A stretch of DNA of 64,000 nt from a bacterium (GCA_965213625.1 CBDBZU010000004.1:2400001-2464000), one strand, 5' to 3'; counted from the stretch's first letter, positions 10,520 to 19,601 are shown. The notes: generated from the sequence alone by a model not told the origin. Program-made: numbers and translations.

Positions 10520-10638
10520 AAACGTACATCCATTTGCCGGCCGAGCAAGTCCGGGCCGGTGATTATCAGGCAATTGATTGCCACCGTTGATTTGCGGCCC
10601 GAAGCGGCCGCGAAACAAAGCAGAAAGGAAGAGATTCC

Positions 10639-11409
10639 ATGTCAGAGCTCACCATCCGTCCGCTGAACTGCGGCACCATTCACACGGATTACTCCAATAT
10701 GGTGTATTGGACGAACTTCGGGACGAAACTCGAGATTCCCTCGTTCATCTACATGATCGAGGGGGCGAAGGACCACGACGGCAAGGACGTGAAGGTCGTG
10801 GTCGACACCAGTTTCCTGGACCCCGAGCGCGGCGGCGCCCCGTGGCCCGCGAGCCGGGAACCCGGCCAGGGCGTTCGCGAGCAGTTAGAGGGCGCGGGCT
10901 GGAAGCCCGAGGATGTGGACATCCTCATCCTCACGCACCTCCATTGGGACCATTCCCAGAACTGCGACCTGTTCACCAACGCCATCAAATACGTGTGGGC
11001 GGAGGAGCTTCAATACTCCATGTGCCCGGTCGCGCTGCAGTCGAAACCATACGACGCGCCGATCCACCCCAACACGCGCTGGCCGGTGATCGCGCAGCAG
11101 GGCATCATCTTCGAGCCGATCTGGAAGGATAATTTCGAGATCGTGCCGGGCGTCACCTACTTCCACACGCCAGGCCACACGCCGGGGCATTGCTCGGTGG
11201 CCGTCGAGACGCGCGTGGGAACGTACGTCATCGCCGCCGACGTGATCCAGATTAACGAAGGCCTCGAGCGCCGCGTTCCCGCCGGCCAGATGTCGAGCAT
11301 GCGCGACGCGATGGACTCCATCCATAAGTGCATCGAACGGGCCACGAAGGAGGAGTACATTCTGCCCGGCCATGAGATTTCGGTGCTGGAGAAGGAAGTC
11401 TACCCGTAG
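10639..11409 (+). CDS. Metallo-beta-lactamase fold hydrolase, N-acyl homoserine lactonase family
   Basis: THLHWDH, TPGHTPGH, AAD, PGHE. Confidence 0.88.
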   Translation: MSELTIRPLNCGTIHTDYSNMVYWTNFGTKLEIPSFIYMIEGAKDHDGKDVKVVVDTSFLDPERGGAPWPASREPGQGVREQLEGAGWKPEDVDILILTHLHWDHSQNCDLFTNAIKYVWAEELQYSMCPVALQSKPYDAPIHPNTRWPVIAQQGIIFEPIWKDNFEIVPGVTYFHTPGHTPGHCSVAVETRVGTYVIAADVIQINEGLERRVPAGQMSSMRDAMDSIHKCIERATKEEYILPGHEISVLEKEVYP

Positions 11410-11463
11410 GAAGGGAAAATCCGGGCGCGGCGGCTGCGCGCCTTTGTTCAGGGAGGATTCACG

Positions 11464-11841
11464 ATGGCGATGAGCGAGCGGGGCAGGGCCTTGTACGAGG
11501 AGATGAAGGCGGCGCGCGGGTTTATCTACCCGGCGTATGAACTCCTGTGCGAGGTGGACCCCGAGTTATTGGAGAACTACGAGAACCTCAAGAACCACAT
11601 CATGAAGAAACAGGGCCCCTTTCATGAGAAATACAAGGAGCTCTTCATCGCGGTGGCGAGCGCCTCGCGCAACCCCTCCGATTTAGAGAGCATTAAGAAC
11701 CACCTGAAAAAAGCGCTGCAACTCGGCGCGACCGTCGAGGAGGCGACGGAGGCCCTCGAGTGCATGCTGCCCCCCTGCGGCATGACGGCGCTCGTGGCGG
11801 GCTGCACGCAGCTCAAAGAGGTGATCGACGAGGGATATTAG
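11464..11841 (+). CDS. Carboxymuconolactone decarboxylase (CMD) family protein
   Basis: KYKEL..., HLKKALQLGATVEEATEAL. Confidence 0.85.
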   Translation: MAMSERGRALYEEMKAARGFIYPAYELLCEVDPELLENYENLKNHIMKKQGPFHEKYKELFIAVASASRNPSDLESIKNHLKKALQLGATVEEATEALECMLPPCGMTALVAGCTQLKEVIDEGY

Positions 11842-11862
11842 GGCAGGACTGGAAGCATTCGA

Positions 11863-11895
11863 CCGGGGGAGCCTGAAAACTCCCCCGGGTTTTTT
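11863..11895 (+). terminator. Rho-independent terminator of the LLM operon
   Basis: CCGGGGGAG-loop-CTCCCCCGG followed by GTTTTTT. Confidence 0.88.
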
Positions 11896-11955
11896 GTTGT
11901 GTGAGGGATGCCTTGCGAGCATGGAGTGACAGCTCCTCCTCGGGGTTGTCCCACA

Positions 11956-12117
11956 GACCTGCGTGTCCGCCCTACAGGATCATTTATCTCATCGCCCCGT
12001 GATATGGCGAAGACAAAAATCGGGCGGACACGCAGGTCCGCCCCTACACCATCATTTAGGTTCAAGGGCCACAGGGACAGGTCGCGATCTTGGACAGGCA
12101 CAGGGGCCTGTCCCTGC
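11956..12117. repeat. GTAG-family REP-like palindromes (two inverted pairs)
   Basis: GACCTGCGTGTCCGCCC (11956) is inverted to GGGCGGACACGCAGGTC (12022) and followed by CCCCTAC; a second pair reads CAGGGACAGG...CCTGTCCCTG. Confidence 0.7.
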
Positions 12118-12188
12118 CGGCTCTCCCTTTTGGGGCTGTTGAAAAGGCCCGGTAAGCGAATTTGGGTTGCGCGCATGCCCTTGAAGTT

Positions 12189-12412
12189 CACTCCCCCCTT
12201 GAGGGGGAGTCAGCGCGGCAAGGACAATGTCCGCCGCCGCGCTGGTGGGGGGTAAAACGCGTTTATTGCCATTTCGAATTATACCCCCCACCGAATCGCT
12301 TTCGGGCTTACGCCCTCAGCTCTTCGTCGGCTTTCCCCTCGGGAAGCCGACCCTCAAGGGGGGAGTGAATTTCCTATCTCATTGGATTGTAATGACTCTC
12401 AAGGGGGGAGTG
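12189..12412. repeat. Palindromic intergenic element, copy 1 (CACTCCCCCCTTGAGGGGGAGTC family)
   Basis: Terminal inverted motifs and an internal GGTGGGGGGT/ACCCCCCACC pair; homologous to 19826-20030. Confidence 0.85.
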
Positions 12413-12490
12413 ATAAAAGCCTGCGCCAGACAACATCACAACACTAACCTGTCTCTTGTATTTCCTCCGGGAGTTGCGTGGTTATCATAA

Positions 12491-12513
12491 AAGATGTATA
12501 TTATATATATAAT
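12491..12513 (+). promoter_or_regulatory. Putative NsrR box (autoregulation)
   Basis: AAGATGTAT-ATTAT-ATATATAAT resembles the gATGyAT-N5-ATryATc consensus; lies just upstream of nsrR. Confidence 0.6.
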
Positions 12514-12531
12514 ATATGGGAGAAACACTCG

Positions 12532-12972
12532 ATGAGGCTGACCGTTCAGACAGACTACGCTCTCAGGATGCTGATGCACCTGGCCTGCCGCGCCGATGCG
12601 CTGGTGACGATCCACGAGATTGCCGAGCGGTACGCGATATCGAAAAACCATCTGATGAAGGTCGCGCACGGGCTGGGCCGCGCGGGGTTCATCGAAACGG
12701 TACGCGGCCGCAGCGGCGGACTCAGGCTCGCACGGCCGGCGGAGGAGATTCCCGTCGGAGCCGTGGCGAGACGAACGGAGCGCGCCAGCGTCCTCGTCGA
12801 ATGCTTTCCGGGCGGCAACGGGGGGTGCCTGATTACGCCGCACTGCCGGCTCAAGAGCGTTCTGGAAGAAGCGCAGGAAGCCTTTTTCCGTGTTCTCGAC
12901 CGCTATTCCGTCCACGACTTGGTGAAACGCAATCCCGCGCTGCTCGACTTGCTCGTTGGAGACGCCGCATGA
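12532..12972 (+). CDS. nsrR: Rrf2 family NO-sensing regulator NsrR
   Basis: MRLTVQTDYALRML, ISKNHLMKV, RGRSGG, three Fe-S cysteines VECF...CLITPHCRL. Confidence 0.85.
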   Translation: MRLTVQTDYALRMLMHLACRADALVTIHEIAERYAISKNHLMKVAHGLGRAGFIETVRGRSGGLRLARPAEEIPVGAVARRTERASVLVECFPGGNGGCLITPHCRLKSVLEEAQEAFFRVLDRYSVHDLVKRNPALLDLLVGDAA

Positions 12973-13418
12973 ACACGAATCATCTCAAAATCGTGGGAGA
13001 ACGACGGGCCGGAATCCAGGCGAAAGCCGCCGCGATGGGGATCGATGAGGCGTACGTCTCCGAACTCGTGAATACCTTCTACAGCCGCATCCGGGAAGAC
13101 CGGCTCCTCGGGCCGATTTTCGATGAGGCCATTGGCGACAGATGGGGGCTTCATCTCGAGAAGATGAAGGATTTCTGGGCGACGGTGGCCTTGGGCGCCG
13201 GGCGCTACTCGGGAGAACCGATACCGGCCCACAAGAAACTCGTGGAAGTCCGGCCCCGGCATTTCGACGACTGGCTCGAACTGTTCGAGGAAACCCTGAA
13301 GGACACGGCGCCGACGCCGGAGGCTGTCGCCTATTTCATGGGGCACGCCAGGCAGATAGGGCGAGGGCTGCAGATCGCGATGTTCGGCGCATCAGGTCTC
13401 GGGAGGGCAGGCGCATGA
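12969..13418 (+). CDS. Group III truncated hemoglobin
   Basis: LV..FY..IR.D.LLGPIF, W..HL.KM.DFW, Y.G.P...H, F..WL.LF; ATGA overlap with nsrR. Confidence 0.9.
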   Translation: MNTNHLKIVGERRAGIQAKAAAMGIDEAYVSELVNTFYSRIREDRLLGPIFDEAIGDRWGLHLEKMKDFWATVALGAGRYSGEPIPAHKKLVEVRPRHFDDWLELFEETLKDTAPTPEAVAYFMGHARQIGRGLQIAMFGASGLGRAGA

Positions 13419-13708
13419 GCGAGAGCATTCCTGAAGGATTCGTCAAATACTACGAAAGCATAATCTTCACCGAGGCGACCGTACCCGAAAAACTTCTGAC
13501 CCTGCACGATACGAAACCGGGCGTCTGGGCGCGAATCGTGGTTCTCGAGGGCAGCCTCGACTATGTCATCCCGGGTGCGCCCGAGCGGAACCGCCGCCTG
13601 GATACCGGAGATGTCGGTATTATCCGGCCCACTGAGGCGCACCGCGTGGAACTCCTCGGAATGGTGCGGTTCCAGGTGGAGTTTTACCGGCCCGAGGAAG
13701 AGGGCTAG
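13415..13708 (+). CDS. DUF1971 / YeaR-like (TehB N-terminal) cupin-like protein
   Basis: FTEATVP..LL..H.TK.GVW..I.VLEG.L.Y, P...H.V, F.VEFY; ATGA coupling. Confidence 0.85.
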   Translation: MSESIPEGFVKYYESIIFTEATVPEKLLTLHDTKPGVWARIVVLEGSLDYVIPGAPERNRRLDTGDVGIIRPTEAHRVELLGMVRFQVEFYRPEEEG

Positions 13709-13751
13709 CAGGGGCGGCGCGTGAACCGCCCTTACAGACCCAACCCTTCAC

Positions 13752-14957
13752 TCACCCGTTGCAATGCGCCACTGTGGCGGTGGCGAACATGCCGGCGGCA
13801 TCGACGAGGTTCTGAGCGGGCACGCGCTCGTTCGGCAGATGGGCCTCCGAGATGAACTCGCCGGGGCCGAAGAAAACGCCCGGAACCCCGTTCTCGATGA
13901 AGAGCCTGAGCGCGCCCGGAGACTCGATACCGGGCAGGAATTCGTTCGGCGTCCCCCGCACGGCGGGGACGACTCGCTCCATGAGCTGCACGACGGGCTC
14001 ATCCTCGGCGATTTCCGTGACTTCGCGCGCGCCGCTCGGCATGATCTCCACCGACGCGTCGAATTCGGGGTCGTCCGCCGCGAGTTCTGCGAGAATACCC
14101 TCGAGCTTCTCCTTGACGCCCGCTGAGGTCTGTCCGGGCAGCATGCGCACGTCGAAGGTGGCGCTGCAGCGACCGCCCACGACGTTCACCGCGGAACCCC
14201 CGTTGATGGTGGAGAAAGCCAGCGTGCCCGGACCCAGGAAAGGATGCGGCGGAGGCGCGATGCGTTCTGCCTTGAAGGCGTCGATGATTTTCGCCATCTT
14301 CTCGATGGCGTTGACGCCCTTATCGGGCACGCTTACGTGGACGGAGCGGCCCTGCACCTTGACCTCGAAGAACACCCGCCCCTTGAAGGAGCGGATGATG
14401 TTGTTGCCCGTCGATTCGGTGTAGAGCACCATGTCGCCGCCCAGTTCCCTGAAAACGCCGTTGTTCACGAGTGATTGCGCGCCGTAGTAATCGCCCTTCT
14501 CGCCGTCCGATAGCAGGACCCAGGTGAGGGTGCCGTTTATGGTGATGTTCTCATCCTTGAGCGCTTTCAGCGCGCCGATGGTCGAGGCCAGCGCGCCCTT
14601 CATATCGGCGGCGCCGCGCCCCCAGATTTCGCCGTTTTTGAGTTCGCCGCTGAAGGGGGGAACCTCCCATGCGTCCACTTCTTCTGGGTGGACGGGCACG
14701 GTGTCCATGTGGCCGCCGATGACGAAGTGACCGCCCGGGCCGCCGTCTCCCGTGCGGATGATGAAGTTGGGCATCCCCGACTCGTATTCGTAGGTGGTGA
14801 TATCACCTGCGCCGATGGCTTTGAGCTCCGCGAGGATGCGCTCGGCCATGTCGGAGCAGTCGCCGGGCGGGTTTTCCGCGGGTATGCGAATCAAATCCTG
14901 CGCGAGACTGACGACGTAGTCCCCATCCACGGGAACGGGGGTGATGGCGTTACTCAT
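13752..14957 (-). CDS. M20 family (ArgE/DapE-like) metallo-amidohydrolase
   Basis: GHMDTVP, GRGAADMKG, G.SVH...P..GVNAI, AHLPNE. Confidence 0.9.
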   Translation of the reverse strand: MSNAITPVPVDGDYVVSLAQDLIRIPAENPPGDCSDMAERILAELKAIGAGDITTYEYESGMPNFIIRTGDGGPGGHFVIGGHMDTVPVHPEEVDAWEVPPFSGELKNGEIWGRGAADMKGALASTIGALKALKDENITINGTLTWVLLSDGEKGDYYGAQSLVNNGVFRELGGDMVLYTESTGNNIIRSFKGRVFFEVKVQGRSVHVSVPDKGVNAIEKMAKIIDAFKAERIAPPPHPFLGPGTLAFSTINGGSAVNVVGGRCSATFDVRMLPGQTSAGVKEKLEGILAELAADDPEFDASVEIMPSGAREVTEIAEDEPVVQLMERVVPAVRGTPNEFLPGIESPGALRLFIENGVPGVFFGPGEFISEAHLPNERVPAQNLVDAAGMFATATVAHCNG

Positions 14958-15032
14958 GAAAAACTCCTTTCCAATCGAAAAATTCATTCACACAAAGCTC
15001 CGAGGGACGAGAATGTCCGCCCGGGTCGCAAT

Positions 15033-16217
15033 CTACAAATTGAGCGCCAGGCGGCTCACGGTGATTTCGGTTTCCTCCAGAATTTCCGCCCGCGTCGTTT
15101 TTCCGCTCAGAACGGCCGTCAACTCCTCGTGCAGGAGGCCCACGGCTTGATCCTTGGATATCTCGCCGCGCATGACGCCGCTGATGTCGAGATCGGTGTT
15201 CTCCGCCATGCGCGCCGCCGTCCGGGGATTGGCCGTCACCTTGATGGTGGGGGAGACGGGGTGCCCGATGGGGTTTCCATTGCCTGTGTTGAAGACGATG
15301 GCCTGCGACCCGCACGCGGCCAGCGCCGTGACGTTCTCGACCCCGGCGCTCGGCGCGTCGAGGAACACGCAGCCGCGCTCCTTCGTCAACTCGCCGGGAA
15401 CGATGACGTCGGCGATATCGCGCGTACCCGCTTTTTTCACCGCGCCCAGGCTTTTTTCTTCAATCGAGGAGAGACCGCCCTGAATGTTGTCCTCGGTCGG
15501 GTTGCAGCCGATGATGTCCATGCCCATCTCATGCGCGTAGTCCATCGTGCGCGCAACCGCTCCCAGGAGTTTTTTGCGCACCTTGGCGCTCGCCGCCCGC
15601 TTTGCGAGAAGGTGCTCCGCGCCGACGATCTCCATGGTCTCTGAAAATAGCACGACGCCGCCCGCGTCCACGATCCTGTCCGCCAGGACGCCGGTGACCG
15701 GGTTCGCCACAAGGCCGCTCGTGGTGTCCGAGCCGCCGCATTCAGTGCCCAGGGTGACCTCGGACAGATTGCACCTTTGCCGCCTCGCCGCGCTCAGGTG
15801 GCCGTACAGCTTCTGGGCGATCTCCACCCCCCGGCTCGCCGTCTGGAGCGTGCCGCCCGTCTCGTGGATGGTCAAGGTCTCGATAGGCATCCACGGCGAG
15901 GCTTCCGCCGCCACGTCGGCCAGGTCCTGTGCGCTCTTGGGCTCCAGGCTCACGACGATGGCCGCGCCCACGTTCGGGTGACCCGCCGTGCGGCCCATCA
16001 CCCGGTAGTGCTGCCTCTCGTCCTCGCCGAACAGGTTTCTGCCAAAGGTGGTGTTCACGACGACCGCCTCGCGCACGAGTTTCCCGATACGCCGCGCGAG
16101 GGGGTTGGCGTTGTCCATCGCGCTCACGATGACGAGGTGGTTCCGCGCACCGGGCGGCCCGCTCGGACGCCTGAAGCCCATGAAGGTGTTGCTCGGCTTT
16201 TTTCTCGGCAATCTCAT
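15033..16217 (-). CDS. UxaA/GarD/SuyB family hydro-lyase large subunit (no SAF domain)
   Basis: GFRR..G..GARN, ECGGSDTTSG..ANP, GGLSSIEEKSLGA..KAG, FNTGNG. Confidence 0.88.
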   Translation of the reverse strand: MRLPRKKPSNTFMGFRRPSGPPGARNHLVIVSAMDNANPLARRIGKLVREAVVVNTTFGRNLFGEDERQHYRVMGRTAGHPNVGAAIVVSLEPKSAQDLADVAAEASPWMPIETLTIHETGGTLQTASRGVEIAQKLYGHLSAARRQRCNLSEVTLGTECGGSDTTSGLVANPVTGVLADRIVDAGGVVLFSETMEIVGAEHLLAKRAASAKVRKKLLGAVARTMDYAHEMGMDIIGCNPTEDNIQGGLSSIEEKSLGAVKKAGTRDIADVIVPGELTKERGCVFLDAPSAGVENVTALAACGSQAIVFNTGNGNPIGHPVSPTIKVTANPRTAARMAENTDLDISGVMRGEISKDQAVGLLHEELTAVLSGKTTRAEILEETEITVSRLALNL

Positions 16218-16255
16218 TCTCCCGTATTGGTGTAAAAGCCTTGGAGCCGTGCTCT

Positions 16256-17095
16256 TTAATCGTCAAACGGCGCTGGGCGGTGGTGTACGTTCACCTCGCG
16301 CGTCTTGATGTATTCGATGACGCCGATGAGACGTTCCACCACGGCCTCGTGGAAGGCGCGCCCTTTCTCCGGGGTGGCTTGGGTCGGGTCGCCGGATTGT
16401 CCCTGATCGCCGATCTCGGCCCGGTATTCGCTCACCGTCTTGGGGTAGAAAAAGCGCGGCGCGTCCACCGCCGGGTCCGAAATATGGTGCCCCGTCATCC
16501 ACTCGGGGTTGGGGTTCGAGTTCTTAGGCTCAGCTTTTTCCATGTCGACCAGGTGGGGATACATGTGGAGCGCGTGCGAGGCTTCCAGCTCGCACGCGTG
16601 GCCCTGTCCGCCGGGGGGCGTGGTCCTGATATCCGCAATCCTGTCGAAGGCGATGATGCCGACGTCCACGATGGCGAGCGCCGCTCCCGTTTTCTGCCGC
16701 ATCTGGTTCACGGCGATCTCGAGCGGCGCCAGGTTGGCCCGCCTGTGTCCGTTCACCAGGATCACGCGGTTGAAGCCGTGGTAGAGGAGGCTGCTCATGA
16801 TATCGGTCACGACGGCTGTCAGGGTCTCGGGTCTCAGCGTAACCGTGCCCTTAAGCGCCATGTGGTTGTTGGTCCAGCCGTACCAGAGGGTGGGGTAGAC
16901 CAGAACGCCCGCCCGCTGCCCTGCGTCCTGCGCGACGTGGTGGGCGGCGAGCGCGTCGTGGCCCATGGGCATGTGCGGGCCGTGCTGCTCTATGCTACCC
17001 ACGGGCAGGATGACCAGATCGTTTCCCGAATCCAGGTAATCGCGCACCTCGCGCCAGCTTTTCTCATGCGCCCAGGGAGTTTCGGCGGTATCCAT
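16256..17095 (-). CDS. Creatininase family amidohydrolase
   Basis: LPVGSIEQHGPHMP.G.D, NGH..N, HACELEAS. Confidence 0.92.
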   Translation of the reverse strand: MDTAETPWAHEKSWREVRDYLDSGNDLVILPVGSIEQHGPHMPMGHDALAAHHVAQDAGQRAGVLVYPTLWYGWTNNHMALKGTVTLRPETLTAVVTDIMSSLLYHGFNRVILVNGHRRANLAPLEIAVNQMRQKTGAALAIVDVGIIAFDRIADIRTTPPGGQGHACELEASHALHMYPHLVDMEKAEPKNSNPNPEWMTGHHISDPAVDAPRFFYPKTVSEYRAEIGDQGQSGDPTQATPEKGRAFHEAVVERLIGVIEYIKTREVNVHHRPAPFDD

Positions 17096-17114
17096 GGCTT
17101 TTCTCCTCTCGTGT

Positions 17115-17407
17115 GGGGGTTATTGAAAAACCCCTCGTCGGGTTTCCCTGCAATACAGCCTTCCCGTCTCCCTCATCCTGAGTAGCGGCCCCTCGACTTC
17201 GCTCGGGACAAGCTCCGCCCCCACCTTCCTCATCCTGAGTAGCCGCCGAAGGTGGCGTATCGAAGGGTGCCTTCTCGCTTGTCACGAGGCGCCTCCCATC
17301 CTTCGATACGGCGCTTGCGCGCCTACTCAGGATGAGGCTTTGTTGCGGCGTGCGCCGCGTGCCCCGTCATATGTCCGATCTCGAAACCGGCTTTTTCAAC
17401 AACCCCC
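17115..17407. mobile_element. MITE-like element with GGGGGTT(A/G)TTGAAAAA terminal inverted repeats and internal CTCATCCTGAG palindromes
   Basis: TIRs 17115-17130 and 17392-17407 match at 15 of 16 nt; internal CCTCATCCTGAGTAG...GTATCGAAGG / CCTTCGATAC...CTACTCAGGATGAGG. Confidence 0.65.
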
Positions 17408-17417
17408 TGGGGTTTCA

Positions 17418-17750
17418 CTAAAACAAAAGGCTCCGCAAGCCCGGAAACAGCATGAATACGCAAACGCCCGCGCCGAGGCCCGCGAGCAGGTTTTTTCCCG
17501 CAGCATAGAAGACGCCCACGCAGACCGCCAGCCCCGCGAGGCGGTCGATGAGGTGTGATTCCGCGAGGGCGCCGCCGGGCAGCAGGATGATCTTCATCAT
17601 CAGGCCGGTGGCGATGGCGTAGGCCACGCAGGTCACCCACTCGAAGATGGGGCTGTCGTCCTCAATCCGGCCCGCGATGAGGACGCCCATCCACCGCCAC
17701 GAATAGGTGCAGACGATGGCGATTCCCAATAAAATCGCGGCGTCAGGCAT
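17418..17750 (-). CDS. azlD: AzlD domain membrane protein
   Basis: TY.WR..G start, four hydrophobic helices, overlaps azlC. Confidence 0.75.
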   Translation of the reverse strand: MPDAAILLGIAIVCTYSWRWMGVLIAGRIEDDSPIFEWVTCVAYAIATGLMMKIILLPGGALAESHLIDRLAGLAVCVGVFYAAGKNLLAGLGAGVCVFMLFPGLRSLLF

Positions 17751-18468
17751 CCTTCTTCCTCATTCTCCCGAACCAGAAGGCGAGCGTTCCGGCCAGGACG
17801 CCGCCCGTGAGGAGCCCCCAGTCGGTGGAGACCGTATACCCCAGCGGCACGAGAACGCAGCCGAGCACCACCGAGGTCAGAACTGAGCGCTGGCTGCTCC
17901 GGGCGGCCAGCAGCAGCATGAAGAGCGGCGTGATGAGCATGAGCGCCCGCGCGATGAGGCCGGGCATCCTGGAGGCCATCGTGTATCCGAACGCGGTGCC
18001 CAGAAGCCCCATGGACATGCAGGCGGTCGTGAAGCCGAAGAAATAAGCCGTGCGCAGGCGCTTCTCCTGGACGTGGCGGCACATCTCGACGATCTGGACG
18101 AAGGAGGTGACCGAGTTGACGTGGGCCATCCAGAAATGCGCGGTCTCTACGCCCGGCCGTTTCCGCAGCAAGGGCATGGTTGCGATGGTGAGCGGGAACA
18201 TCCGCACGTTGGCGATGGTGACCGAGGCGATGAGCGCGACACCCCCGACGCCTGTGGCGAAAAGCTCCACGAAGGCCACCTGGCCCGGCGTGCTCCACAT
18301 GCCGCCCGTCATGCCCAGTGCGATCAGGAGCGAGACGCCGCTGTCCCTGGCGAGTGCGCCGAAGCCCGACATGGCGGCGAAAAGCCCGATGCCGGGCGCC
18401 TGGGTGCAATGTTTCGCCCCCTGGCGGAAATACGCCCCCCAGGTTTTTTCGGTGCGTCGAAAATCCAT
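17743..18468 (-). CDS. azlC: AzlC family branched-chain amino acid export permease
   Basis: GFGALA...G, PGQ, N.RM.P; translationally coupled to the upstream PLP enzyme. Confidence 0.8.
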   Translation of the reverse strand: MDFRRTEKTWGAYFRQGAKHCTQAPGIGLFAAMSGFGALARDSGVSLLIALGMTGGMWSTPGQVAFVELFATGVGGVALIASVTIANVRMFPLTIATMPLLRKRPGVETAHFWMAHVNSVTSFVQIVEMCRHVQEKRLRTAYFFGFTTACMSMGLLGTAFGYTMASRMPGLIARALMLITPLFMLLLAARSSQRSVLTSVVLGCVLVPLGYTVSTDWGLLTGGVLAGTLAFWFGRMRKKDA

Positions 18469-19601
18469 CAGGTGCTCATGATCTTTTCGAGCTTGTCGGC
18501 GGCCTTCAAGCCGTGGCCCGTCACGGGAACGACCACGATGTCCGACTGCTTGACCTTCCCTTGCTCCTTCAAAAGAGCGAGAGCGGCAAAAGCGACGGCG
18601 CTCGTCGGCTCCATCAGGATGCCGTTCGCGCCGAACTCCCGGAGGAGGGGAGGGATGGTTTCGTCCCGGGTAGCGACGAAGCATCCCCCGCTTTCTTGGA
18701 CGGCCTCGCGCATCTGCTTCCAGCGGACGGGCGTTGCGATGGAGATGCCCTCCGCGAGCGTGTCCTCCGGGATGATCTCCGGCACGGCGTCGAGGTTTTC
18801 CTCCCACATCCGCACCATCGGCGCGCAATTCGCCGCCTGGGCCGCGAAGATTTTAGGTAGCTCATCGATATAACCGGCGCGTAAGAGTTCCTTGAACCCC
18901 AGGTACGCGCCGAGCAGGGCCGAGCCGTGCCCGGCGGGGGAGACGACGGCGTCGGGCGCGCGGAAGCCCAGTTGCTCCCACACCTCGAACGCCCAGGTCT
19001 TCGTGCCGTGGTTGAACCAGGGGTTCCAGAAATGGGAGGCGTAGAAGCGCTCTTTGGCCGCCTCCATCGCGACGGCGGTGGATGCGGCCCGGGGACCGGG
19101 GATTTTCTTGAGGTTTGCGCCGTAGGCGGTGATTTGCGCGCACTTGGCCGCGGAGGTGGAGGCGGGCGCGTAGATGTCACATTCGATTCCGGCGCGCGCC
19201 GCGTAGGCTGCGACGGCGGCGGCGGCGTTGCCCGAAGAATCCATGAGCACCTGATCGAGGCCCCACTCCTTCATCTTGCTCATGAGCACGGTGGCGCCGC
19301 GGTCCTTGAACGAGCCGGTGGGGAAGAGGAAATCGAGCTTGCAGAGGATTTCCATTCCCGAGAAAACGAGGGGGACGAGCGGCGTCATACCCTCGTTCAT
19401 GCTGACGATGTTCTCATCCTTCTCGACAGGAATCGCCTCTCTATAGCGCCACAAGGTGGCGGGGCGTTTTCCGAGGGACTCGCGGGTGAAGACGGCGTTC
19501 GGCACCACCTCCAGGGGCCCGCCGCAATCGCACCGCCAGCGGGGTTCACTCGGGGGGTACTTCTCCCCGCAGTCGATACAGGCGAATTCCACGTCACTCA
19601 T
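18468..19601 (-). CDS. Threonine synthase-like PLP enzyme (fold type II)
   Basis: N-terminal Zn ribbon CIDCG...CDCGG, EGMTPL, PTGSFKDRG, DSSGNA, EPTSA, TGHGLK. Confidence 0.88.
   Translation of the reverse strand: MSDVEFACIDCGEKYPPSEPRWRCDCGGPLEVVPNAVFTRESLGKRPATLWRYREAIPVEKDENIVSMNEGMTPLVPLVFSGMEILCKLDFLFPTGSFKDRGATVLMSKMKEWGLDQVLMDSSGNAAAAVAAYAARAGIECDIYAPASTSAAKCAQITAYGANLKKIPGPRAASTAVAMEAAKERFYASHFWNPWFNHGTKTWAFEVWEQLGFRAPDAVVSPAGHGSALLGAYLGFKELLRAGYIDELPKIFAAQAANCAPMVRMWEENLDAVPEIIPEDTLAEGISIATPVRWKQMREAVQESGGCFVATRDETIPPLLREFGANGILMEPTSAVAFAALALLKEQGKVKQSDIVVVPVTGHGLKAADKLEKIMST

Noticed and set aside
11838-12490. Short overlapping ORFs in the repeat region
   Set aside because: They translate palindromic repeats (LKGGV, PPQGGS) and have no coding signature
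13752-13754. Other TGA stops as additional selenocysteines
   Set aside because: This and the other TGA-ending genes checked stop at the normal family C-terminus, with no homologous continuation
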